Assembly (NCBI RefSeq): GCF_006345805.1
Contig: NC_043018.1
Span: 24,924,001-24,988,000 of the forward strand
Direction: 5' to 3'
DNA from: Octopus sinensis
Lineage: Eukaryota
DNA length: 64,000 nt
Shown: positions 27,386-38,205 of the stretch, piece after piece
Layout: the number at the start of each line of letters is the position of its first letter
Numbering within the stretch: position 1 is the stretch's first letter
Notes under the pieces: generated by a model
The model's database searches: none
The model's input: only the letters and a program-made list of their open reading frames with translations
What the model was told of the DNA's origin: nothing
Program-made: the position numbers and the translations under genes

Positions 27386-27949
27386 GCCACAGCAGACCCT
27401 CATCATTAGTTTACCTCACTTTTATATTTTATTAATTTTATCTTTAAAAAAAAAACAGAAAAAAAACAAAAAAAATAATAAATTTTAATGTTTCAAAGAT
27501 GTTTTCATTCCGTGTCAGAATGAGAAGCGAACACTTTGAAACCGAGAAAGTATCGACAGTTCAACACACACACACACCCACACACAAATATAAAGATTAA
27601 AAAAAAAAATAACAAACAAAATCACAGACTCAAGACAGCCGAGGAACCAAAAGGAAATGGTACATATGGAATCGTATCGAATGAGGATATCGCAATATGG
27701 CACCGAAACCAAGATTTGGCAACGTATAAAGATAAACGTTTTTCCTCCTCTCTTCCACCTCCACCACCACGACCACCACCACTGCGGACTGTTCTGCCGA
27801 AGGGTTGGTGTGGGGGATAACGGAACACCACCAGCAACAGTGGTGGGATATGAACTCTCGATTGCGGGATGTACAACAGCAACAACAACTGCAACAACAA
27901 CCGGATATGAAGTACAGTTTCATTTTGTAATAGTGGAGAATTAATGTAC

Positions 27950-28690
27950 TTGTGGTGGTGGAGGTCATTGTGGTGGTGGTGGTGGTGGTAGTAGTAGTAG
28001 TGATGGCAGTGGTTGTGGTGATGATGATAGTGGTAGTGATGGTAGTGGTGGTGATGGTAGTGGTGGTGGTAGTAGTGATGGCAGTGGTTGTGGTGGTGTT
28101 GATGATAGTGGTAGTGATGGTGGTGGTGGTGGTGGTGGTGGTAATGGTGGTGGTGGTAGTAGTGATGGCAGTGGTTGTGGTGGTGGTAGAGGTGATAGCA
28201 GTGGTTGCGCTGGTAGTGGTGGTAGTGGTGATGGTGGTAATGATGTGGTGATGGTGGTAGCAGTGGTGATGGTGGTGCTGCTCTTGGTTGTAATAGTGAT
28301 AACAGCATGGGTGGTAGTAGTGGTGCTAGTGGTGTGAGCAACAGCAGTGGTGATGATGACATCAGTGGTAGACATGGTGATGGTAGTGTTAGTAGTTGTG
28401 ATATGGGTGGAGGTAGTGCTGGTGGTGATATAGCTGGAGACATCGTGTAAGAAGAAGGTGTGGTGGCAACGGTATACGTGGAGGTGTTAGTGGTGGTTAT
28501 GGAAGTGGTGGTTTAGGTAGAAGTAGCAGTAGTGATGGTGGTGGTGGTGGCAGCGTAGATGGAGATGTCACTGGTGGTAGTCATGGTAGTATAGGAGAAG
28601 ATGGTAGTGGTGGTGGTGGTGGTAATGATGATACAGATGGAAGTGTTGGTGTTAGTGGTGGTGTTGGTGGTAGTAGCATACGTAGCAGAA
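27950..28690. repeat. (GTG/GTA/ATG)n trinucleotide low-complexity tract
   Basis: Seen directly. Similar tracts lie at about 1020-1330, 3800-4040, 4770-5050, 36220-36860, 38700-38970 and 43000-43830. Confidence 0.9.
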
Positions 28691-29296
28691 GGAAGTACAG
28701 CTGTTGACGCCAGTGTGAAGTACAGCAGATACACAAGTTGCCAGAACTGCAGTCAATGGCCTAACAACACCACCACCAACAATAACAATAATTTAGTGAT
28801 ACGGGAGAAGCCACAACCCACAAACATATCACAAAACACATATACACACAGACAAACACTCGCTTATACACACACACACGGAAATCCTCTCAGCTCATTG
28901 ATAAGGGAACTGTCTCATTAAATACGCAAACTGCGATAGCTTTCACTTTCAACAGATTCAGCATCTGGTTTTGTAAACAATATTATATATACATGCATAC
29001 ATATTTTTATATGCATGTGTATAAATATGTGTGAATGCATGTGTGCATGTGAGTGTGTGTATATATATATATATATGTAGGCAGTCTGTGTTTCCTGAAA
29101 TGAAGGTGAACACCTTTCTTCATGTGATTGGTTTGAAAAATTGCTAAGTCATGAGATGTTTTCCTACGTTTTGTAGCATGAAACCAATGGTAGCCTTAAT
29201 TCACAAATAAATTATATCCACTACTATAGTGTTAAGCACTCATTTTCATTGTTCAACATCTATGTGTGTATGTGTGTGTGTGTGTCTCTTTCTCTC

Positions 29297-29342
<46 letters not shown>

Positions 29343-29344
<2 letters not shown>

Positions 29345-29875
29345 ATACTAAGCAATAAGGGTTTAGCAACGAGTTGCCTTACCACATACCGAATTTAGAA
29401 ATAGCAGTCAAAGGGTTATAGCTATTTCTTCTACTAAAAAGGGAGATCTCAGTAAAAACAGCATTTGGAAGGCACAAACAGGTAAGAGAGAATGAATTGA
29501 CTGCAATCTATCATACATTTTTTTAGTTATCCACGAACGTACGTTTCAAAATCAAGTTTTAAGGAAAGCATACGAATTAAATATTAAATATTAAATAATA
29601 AATAATTAATAATTATTTATTATTTAATATTTAATATTTAATTCGTATGCTTTCCTTAAAACTTGATTTCGAAACGTACGTTCGTGGATAACTAAAAAAA
29701 TGTATCATAGATTGCAGTCAATTCATTCTCTCTTACCTGTTTGTGCCTTCCAAATGCTGTTTTTACTGAGATCTCCCTTTTTAGTAGAAGAAATAGCTAT
29801 AACCCTTTGACTGCTATTTCTAAATTCGGTATGTGGTAAGGCAACTCGTTGCTAAACCCTTATTGCTTAGTATTA
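29343..29875. repeat. 533-bp near-perfect palindrome (266-bp arms, 1-nt centre)
   Basis: Arms are complementary from taatactaagc to gcttagtatta, centred on 29609. I found only two mismatches by eye. Confidence 0.97.
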
Positions 29876-30004
29876 CTTAAATTTTCCTCGAATGAGGCTT
29901 TTACATGCCGAAGACTACTTGGTGTAATTGATAATTTTTCCAAATTAATTAATTTCACCCTTCATTATTACGGATAACTATATATATATATATATATATA
30001 TAAC

Positions 30005-30318
30005 ACTGTGACTGATCACTGTGACCGAACAGGCTATCAGATGTTGCTACACATCACTGGTCACAATGCGCTTTGCATTGTTTTAGCCTTCAAATGATGC
30101 CACCTCGCTGGCTAAGCAAGCAGGCCAATAAAAGAAAGAGTGAGAGAAAGTAGTGGTGAAAGAGTACACCAGGGATCGCCACCACCACCTGCCGGAGCCT
30201 TGAGGAACTTTAGGTGTTTTCACTCAATAAACACTCACAACACCCGGTCTGGGAATCGAAACCGCGATCCTACGACTGCGAGTCCACTGCCCTAACCACT
30301 GGGCCATCGTGCCTCCAC
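30005..30318 (-). mobile_element. SINE family C
   Basis: Same head and tail as 43183-43481. Confidence 0.85.
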
Positions 30319-30456
30319 ATATATGTATATATATTCATGTATATATCAGCCTTCTAACTGGCTTTGGAGTACCTGATTTGCGGAATTCTTTCTACCATCA
30401 AATTACATTACTTCATTCATTTAGAATATAACATTTCTGCACCCTGATTGTGAATC

Positions 30457-30529
<73 letters not shown>

Positions 30530-30620
30530 GTGTGTGTGTGTGTTAAAAAATATATATTAAATGCACAAACAAATGGGAAACAGATGCAGAAGGTCAAAAG
30601 CAATTTCGCATATATATACA

Positions 30621-31931
30621 TATCGGGTCATTCGGAATAAAATGTCTGATTTTGAACCGAAAGTTTAATTTACTTCGTCTCAACAAAAAGCAATGCAGTG
30701 AGTTAGCAGAATCGATAGCACACTGGGCGAAATGAATAGCGGTATTTCGTCTGTCTTTACGTTCTGAGTTCAAATCCTTCCAAGGTCGACTTTGCCTTCC
30801 ATCCTTTCAGGGTCGATAAATTAAGTACCAGTTGTGTACTGGAGTCAATCTAATCGACTGCTCCACTCACCAAAAATTTTGGGCCTTGTGCCCAGAGTAG
30901 AAAAGAAAAGTAATGCAGTTAATTAAAGTATGTACCTAAACTATCAACAGAATTTTGTCATTTTATTGGTAGCCTCTTTATGCTGGCAGCAAAAAATTCT
31001 GGAGAGCAAGAGGTGATGAAATCACGAAAGGCTACTTTTGCATTTTCTTCAGATTTGAAGATATTTTCCTTGCCAAAAGTTGCCTAATGCCTGGAAAACA
31101 TAACAGTCAGTTGGTGCATGGTCTGGTGAATATGGTGGATGACAGAGTACTTCCAAGTTCAGTTCCTGTAACTTGAGTAGCATTCTTTGTGCAACATATG
31201 GTCAAGCATTGTCTTGCAAGAATATTGGCCTATCTCTATTGACCAATCTTGATTGTTTAATTGCAAGTTCACTCATCATTTCATCCATTTGTTTGATGTA
31301 CACATCTGCTGTAATTGACTTACCAGCTCTCATGAAACTGTTGTGGATGACATCAGCACTAGACCACCAAACAGACACCATTAGCTTTTTTTGGTGACTA
31401 TTCTTTTTTGGATTGTGTTTGGGTATTTTGTCTCTATCCAACCACTCTGCAGAACGCTTGCTATTGTTGAAAAGAATCCATTTACCATCACACGTAACAA
31501 TACAATGCAGAAATGGTTTGCTTTTATGCTGTGACATCAAAGAACAGCAAGTTTCAAAATGACATGTCATTTGAAGCTCATTCAGTTCATGTGGTACCCA
31601 CTTGTCCAGCTTCTTTACTTTGCCGATTTGTTTCAGATGGTCCAATACAGTTGGAATCAAAACATCAAACCTTGCTGCTAACTCACACATAGTTTTGAGA
31701 TGTATCCACTTTCACTACAGTTTCCAGCTCATCATTATCCACCTTGGTCTCAGGTCTACCACGTGGCTGATTTTCAAGAGTAAAGCCACCAGACTGGAAC
31801 CTCTCAAACCATCAACATGAGTGCACTCATTCACCACATCTTCACCAAACACCTCACTGATCTTTTGAGCTGTCTGGAATGCATTGGCTCCATGGCAGAA
31901 TTCATATGCATAAACAACTCATTTCTGATGA
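30621..31931 (-). mobile_element. Degenerate mariner (DD34D) transposon, 5' end missing, with a SINE inserted after the stop
   Basis: Reads QPRGRPETKVDNDEL, WVPHEL, IVTCDGKW, QDNA*...HPPYSPDHAPTD (34 residues between the Asp residues) and ...GTYFN* ending about 30922. It has stops and frameshifts. A TA-flanked terminus lies at 30621-30653. Confidence 0.93.
30699..30905 (+). mobile_element. SINE family A inserted in the mariner 3' region, 13-bp TSD
   Basis: aaaag(c/t)aatgcag at 30686-30698 and 30906-30918. Confidence 0.85.
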
Positions 31932-32117
31932 AAATGCCAAGCAGTACAGCATGTCGTTTCCAAATTTCTGCTATAGTGAATTGCAACATGGTGCTGTTTT
32001 TTCTCACAGACAGTGCCCAACTGACCCTACCATACTGTGTAGTTGACAAAAACAAACAATGCACATGCACAAAATAAAAAATATAAAATGGCGACAATTT
32101 ACCCATCGCATCCTGTA
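31932..32117 (-). mobile_element. 5' end of a different Tc1/mariner-superfamily element fused to the mariner
   Basis: The TA-flanked end (ta-caggatgcgatgggtaaattgtcgccatttt) does not match the mariner's other terminus. It is followed by a short reading MLQFTIAEIWKRHAVLLGI that is unlike a mariner N-terminus. Confidence 0.5.
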
Positions 32118-32399
32118 TATGTATATGCATGATGGGGTTCTGTCTGTTTCTGACTACCAAATCCACACACAAAGTTTTAGCTGGCCGAAGGCTATAGTAG
32201 AAGACACTTGCCCAAAGTGCCATGCAGTGGGACTGAATCTGGAACCATGTGGTTGGGAAGCAAGCTTCTTACCACCCAGCCACACCTGTGTCTATGTATA
32301 CAGTTACATACATACACTTAACGCCAAATGTACATAAATGCAATATAAAACCAATACTTAAACAGGAAACTAAATGAAAGAAAACAGTTGCAAATACAC

Positions 32400-32640
32400 A
32401 CACACACGTATATATATACATTTATATATGTATAGATTTATATATGTATATACATACATCCACCCACATATGTACATAAGTTCATATACACAAATATCTA
32501 TGCATATATGATGTATACACACACACACACATATATATACATTTATATATGTATATACATACATCCACCAACATACGTACATAAGTTCATATACACAAAT
32601 ATCTATGCATATATGATGTATACACACAAACACACACACA
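32400..32640. repeat. About 105-bp tandem duplication within low-complexity DNA
   Basis: catccacc.acata.gtacataagttcatatacacaaatatctatgcatatatgatgtatacac at 32457 and 32562. Confidence 0.85.
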
Positions 32641-33270
32641 TCATCATCATCATCATCACTACTGTGTATATCTGTATAAACTGTGTGTGTGTGTGTGTAT
32701 GATTAAATACCTATATGTGTATGTGTATCCATGTATATATATATATGCACATAGATGAGTGCATGTGCGCATGCGTCTGTGTGTGTGTGTGTTTATAAGT
32801 GTGCGTATATTCTACATAACCTCCTTTATCTCTTCTATGTTGTGCACACATTCTAGCCATGTGTATATACTCCCTGCCAAAACTCTGGAGACTTATGTCA
32901 AATCGCAATAACAGGAAACTTCAGATTTTTTCAAGAAAACCAGTGGAACAGGAAACGACAATGATGATGACGATCCAGATAACAATGGTGATGGTGATGA
33001 TGATGATGTTGATGGTGATGACGATGATATTGTTTCTTTTATCTTTGACTTACTTCAGTCATTAAGCTGTGGCCATGCTGGGGCACCGCCTTGAAGAATT
33101 CTTAGTCGAATGAATCGATCCCAGTACTTATTTCTTTTTAAAGCCTGGTACTTATTCTATCGGTCTCTTTTGCAGAACTGCTAAGTTATGGGAACATAAA
33201 CAAACTAACACCAGTTGTCAAGCAGTGGTAAGGGAACAAACACAGACACAAAGACACACACACACAACAC

Positions 33271-33307
<37 letters not shown>

Positions 33308-33537
33308 GCAAAATGTAAGTTAGAGGTTATGCAACCATATAAGGGATAGATGTATCCGTAGACACTACAGGTGTATTACCTCACTATGTATAGTCTAAGC
33401 TGTAAGGTATACAGTAGTTGGTAATTTAAAGGTAAAACCATGGTTTAATATATACAGAAAAGAAAAGAAATGGAGAAATAATTAAAAATGAGAAGTTGAT
33501 CATTGGTATTAAAAAGTCAGTTTAATTGTAGTTCAGA

Positions 33538-33620
33538 ACCATTTACAGCCGTTTCTGTTTATCAAATCGAGGTAAATTTGCATTTATCTCATTCAATTTA
33601 ACAAACATCGTCAGAATTAT
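33538..33620 (-). ncRNA. Hammerhead ribozyme motif with a 15-bp stem II
   Basis: auaauu-CUGACGA-UGUUUGUUAAAUUGA...UCGAUUUGAUAAACA-GAAAC-GGCU-GUA-aauggu. Confidence 0.75.
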
Positions 33621-33862
33621 TTAGAGGAATATAAATAGGAGAAAAGGAAAAGAAAAGAAAAGGGAAAAGCAAAAAGAAAAGCAAAAAAGTCCGTTAAGTC
33701 TTTAGGCTTACATTTTGGTGACTTTTTGGGTTCCACGTATGTCTATGTTTCCTCAACTAGATGAATGGAGCAGTAAGTGGGGAAAATGACTAGTTGACCG
33801 GCAGTGTTAGTCAAAGGAGTTATACCTGGTGGAGATATCCAATGTTGTTAATTGTACTCTAA

Positions 33863-33946
33863 ATCATTCTGACAATGTTTGTTAGACAGAAACGAGATAA
33901 ATGCAAATTTACCTCGATTTGATAAACAGAAACAGCTGTAAATGGT
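33863..33946 (+). ncRNA. Inverted second copy of the long-stem hammerhead (core G8A, probably inactive)
   Basis: aucauu-CUGACAA...uaaaca-GAAACAGCUGUA-aauggu. Confidence 0.6.
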
Positions 33947-34022
33947 TCTGAACTACAATTAAACTATGATTTTTTAATACCAATGATCAACTTCTCATTG
34001 TTAATTATTGCTCCATTTCTTT

Positions 34023-34066
<44 letters not shown>

Positions 34067-35022
34067 GTATACAACAGGCTTCTTTCAGTTTCTGTAAACC
34101 AAATCAACACACAAGGCTTGGGTTGGCCTAAAGGTATAGTAGAAGATACTTACCCGAAGTGTCATGAAGTGAGACTGAACCTGGAACCATGTGGTTGAGA
34201 AGTAAACCTCCATCTACCAAATCCACTCATGAGGCTTTCATCAGCATGAGGTTACAGTAGATGACAATTGCCTAAAGTGCCATGTGGTGGGAATGAACCC
34301 AGAACCATGTGGTTGAAAAGCAAGCTTGCATCTACCAAATCCACTCACAAGGCTTTGGTCGGCTTGAAGTCATAGTGAATGACATTTCCCCAAAGTGCCA
34401 TGAAGTGGGACTGAACCCGGAACCAAGTGATTGGGAAGCAAACTTACCACACTGCCACACCTGTGCCTATATGATTGATTATGAGGAAATATTTATTTTA
34501 GATTGCAGTATAGTGACCAACAGCATTGTTCTCTGCATGATTCCCCACAGACCATTTATTCATTTCATTGTATACCTAGCAGCAAAAGTAATACAGGCGA
34601 TCTATTGTTCCGTTTGGTGAAGCAAATATTAAACAAGGTATTTTTATTGGAAAACATCACTTGTTCCATTTTACTGACAAATGTCAAATCCTTTTGTCAG
34701 CATATTTCTGTTCAAATACACTGCTATTGTTTCAGTGAATTTTACGAATAATGAAGAATTTAGAAAAATAACTGTCAATATTAAGACAATGTCTGGAACA
34801 AATTAACAAGAAATTTTGATGAAAGGTTTCTTTGTTTTTTTTTTAGATCACTTTAACTCTTTTGTTACCATATTTCTACTGAAAAAGACTGCGTTTGTTT
34901 CAATTAATTTTGAAATTAATGGAAAATTTAGTAAAACAAACTTAGTCATTATTAAGCTGACATCAGGAAGATTAACATGTATCTCTGCATAATTTATCTG
35001 CATCTACCTTGCTAATCTGCTT

Positions 35023-36187
35023 GTCTGGAAATTCTGTTCCGTTGTCTGTCTGTGAGTCTCTCATTTGCTCTATGTCAATTGCTGTCTTGATATCTAATGA
35101 TTATTGTAAATAATTTTATATTCTCAGGTAATCTGACAATGTTGCGTGCAACAATCTGTTAACCTGACAACCTATTATGAGTTTGACAAGCTGACCATCT
35201 GACGATGACAATCTGACCTTCAGTTGTTACACACATACACACACATGCATGTATGTATGTATGTATGATGTATGTATGTTTGTGTTTATGTTTGTATGTA
35301 CATGTGTGTGTGAGTGTGTATGTATGTATGCATGTACATGTGTGTGTATGCGTGTGTGCATGTACATATATGCATGTATGTGTGTGTGCATGTATGTATA
35401 TATGTACATGTGTGCATGTATCTATGCATGTATGTATGTACATGTGTGTTTTTGTGCATGTATGTATGTACATATGTGTGTGTATGTATGCATGCATGCA
35501 TGTACATGTGTGTGTGTGTATGTATGTGTATGTACGTAGGCATGAACATACATGTGTATGCATGTATGTACATGTCTGTATGTATGCATGCATGCATATG
35601 TGTGTATGTATGTATGCATGGATGTACGTGTGTGTGTGAGCATGTATGTACATATGTGTGTGAGTGTACATGTATATTTGTACGTATGTATGTATATGTA
35701 TGCATGTATGTATGTATGTATGTATGTACATGTGTGTATTTGTGCATGCATGCATGCAAATGTGCACTCCTTTCCATCCGAAGCCCCATGGAAGATCAGT
35801 TGTAAGCAACATCTTTCCTCCTAGACTAGCTAATTCAACGTGTGTTAGACTGTGAAACGACTTGCAAGTTGATTTTAGGTTTGGAGAGCCACATGGAGGT
35901 TCACAGGGATCATGTCTCACAAAGTGATTCAATCAATCCATTGGAAGTTACAACTTTCATCTGTCTTCTTCACTTCAAACGAAGGCAGATTTGCAGCAGG
36001 ACTGAATGACTCACAAGAGGTTGTCAGATTGACAGTTTATCAGATTGACAGATTGTCAGGCTAACAACATTGCCAGATTGGCTGAGAATAATATAAGTAT
36101 TTACAATAATCAATAGCTATCAAGATAGCAATTGACATAAAGTAAATGAAAGACATACAGACAGACAATGAAACAGAATTTCCAGAC
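35023..36187. repeat. Degenerate long inverted repeats (about 150 bp) enclosing a (CATG/TATG)n tract
   Basis: gtctggaaattctgtt...atgtcaattgct.tcttgata...gattattgtaaata is mirrored at about 36020-36187. Confidence 0.75.
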
Positions 36188-37246
36188 TGAGCCAAAAAAG
36201 TAGGTTAGCAAAATAAAGATGATGATGATGATGGTGATGATGGTGATGATGAAAGTAATGATGATGATAGCGATGATGATGATGACGATTGTGATGAAGT
36301 TGGTGATGATAGTGATAATGATGATGACAATGAAGATGATGATGATAGTGATGACGATGAAGATGATGATGATAGTGAAGATGCTGATGATGATGATGAT
36401 GATGTCGATAGAAAGTAGAAAGTCATCCAATCCCACCCGGATATGCAAGACTAATTATAATAATTTCTGAATTAATAAAACTAATTAACCAGAACATTGT
36501 TAACGGCGTTGATAATCTAGAGATGCACAGAGAAGTGGTGGTGGTGGTGGTCGTCGTCATGGTCGTTGGTAGAGACGTTACTAAGTATAAACTTAGCAGT
36601 AGGGTGGTGGTGGTGATGGTGGGTGTTGGGGTGATACTGATAGTGCTGGTTGTGATGGTGGTGGGAGTAGTGGTAATGGTGTAGTGGTGATGGTGGTGGT
36701 TGTGGTGATGGTAGTGGTTGTGGTGGTGCTACTGGTAAAGATGGTGCTGGCTGAGATGGCGGCGGTAGTAGTGGTGGTGTGGTGGTGATAGTGGTGGAGG
36801 TCATGCTGATGATGATGGCAGATGCAGGTACAAACTTCGATGTTAGTGGTAGTGGTGGTGCTTGAGGTGAATGGTTGAGAAATAGTGAAGATACAGAAAG
36901 GGGGACACAGGGGGGTAGGGAAAGGACACATAAAAAAAAGAAAATGTAAAAATGGCTAAGAAAGGATGAGACAAAATAGAGAGAGGAGGAAAGAGTAGGA
37001 AAGAAAGAGAGAGAGAAGGGAAGCAAGAGAGAGAGAGAGGTGGGGGCTGAAATCAGGAGGAGGAGGAAGAGGAAAATTTGTTCTGGGTGCTTGTGGGAGA
37101 ATGAGCTTTGCTAAATGATACCCAAGAAGCAGACTGTGGGGTGTTAAGCTGGGGGGGGGGGGGGGCTCATGTAACTGGGGCCAATGTTGTTGCTGTTACT
37201 GTTGGAGTGGTCATAGTTGTTTAGCCCCAGGTCAGTCCTGGTGAAG

Positions 37247-38010
37247 GCTTCAGTTTTCGGGGATGCAAAAGGCATCGTGCTTATTGGCTATCTTCAAAAG
37301 GGTCAAACCACCAATGGAGAGTACTTGCTGAAGTAGTTACAAAAGGCTACCAGGACCAATGTCCAGGGAAATTGATGAAAGGGGTCTTGTTTAATAAGGA
37401 CAATGCTCCAGCACACAAGTCTTTGATTTCAATGGCTGTTGTGTATGATTGTGGCTTTGAACTGGTTGATTAACCTCCTTATATTCCTGATTTGACCCCA
37501 TCTGATTATCATTTGTTCCCCAACACGAAAAAACACTTGGTCTGGGAATTGGTATCACAGTGCTGATGACATCATATCTGCTGTTGACAATATTTTTGAC
37601 ATTTTTGACCAACAGTGCTGATGACATCATATCTGCTGCTGACAATATTTTTGACATTTTTGACCAACAGTGCTGATGACATCATATCTGCTGTTGACAA
37701 CATTTTTGACATTTTTGACCAACAGTGCTGATGACATCATATCTGCTGTTGACAATATTTTTGACATTTTTGACCAACAGTGCTGATGACATCATATCTG
37801 CTGCTGACAATATTTTTGACATTTTTGACCAAGTGCTGATGACATATCTGCATTTTTTTGACCAACAGGATGAAAGCTTCTTCCCCAATGGGATCCAAGC
37901 AGTCCAACACCAATGAAAGAAGTGTGTGGACTGCGAAAGGGGACTATGTTGAAAAATAAATCTCATTTGGTCACATTGCATGAGAGGATCTTGGCCAGTT
38001 TATGAAATCT
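37247..38010 (+). mobile_element. 3' half of a second degenerate mariner transposase
   Basis: Decayed reading resembles ASVFWDAKGIVLIDYLQKGQT...DNAPAHKS...PPYSPDLAPSDYHLFP...DQQDESFFxNGIQAxQH.WKKCVD..GDYVEK*. Confidence 0.88.
37558..37868 (+). repeat. 55-bp minisatellite (5 units plus a degenerate sixth) inside the mariner relic
   Basis: Unit tgctgatgacatcatatctgctg(t/c)tgacaa(t/c)atttttgacatttttgaccaacag starts at 37561, 37616, 37671, 37726, 37781 and 37834. Confidence 0.97.
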
Positions 38011-38166
38011 GCAGCCAATCCTTGAATACCATAGTTCAGATACACAACCTTCATCTTACACCATAGTCTCTCTCTTCCTCTCTGTCTCTGAACACACACA
38101 CACACTATTTTTAATCTCTTACCATCTCTCTCCCACATACACAATATAGTCTCTCTGTCTCTCTCT

Positions 38167-38205
<39 letters not shown>

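Larger units (their letters stand above)
33464..34022. repeat. Inverted repeat, about 165-bp arms with about 230-bp spacer
   Basis: 33464-33626 against 33857-34022, each arm carrying the long-stem hammerhead. Confidence 0.92.

Noticed and set aside
27118-27435. Asp/Glu-rich 105-aa ORF resembling an acidic tail (cN-II has an acidic C-terminus)
   Set aside because: It is on the wrong strand for NT5C2, lies within a (GAT/GAG)n tract open in all frames, and has no unique sequence.
29880-29915. cgaatga-ggc...gcc-gaag as a hammerhead
   Set aside because: Both core halves deviate from CUGANGA and GAAA; only a 3-bp stem II supports it.
32880-32894. Minus-strand KSPEF resembling cN-II YKSPEY
   Set aside because: It is preceded by stop-His rather than an acceptor plus Tyr, and hits a stop after 14 codons.
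37558-37868. CRISPR-like array
   Set aside because: These are contiguous tandem units with no unique spacers, derived from transposase sequence in a eukaryotic context.
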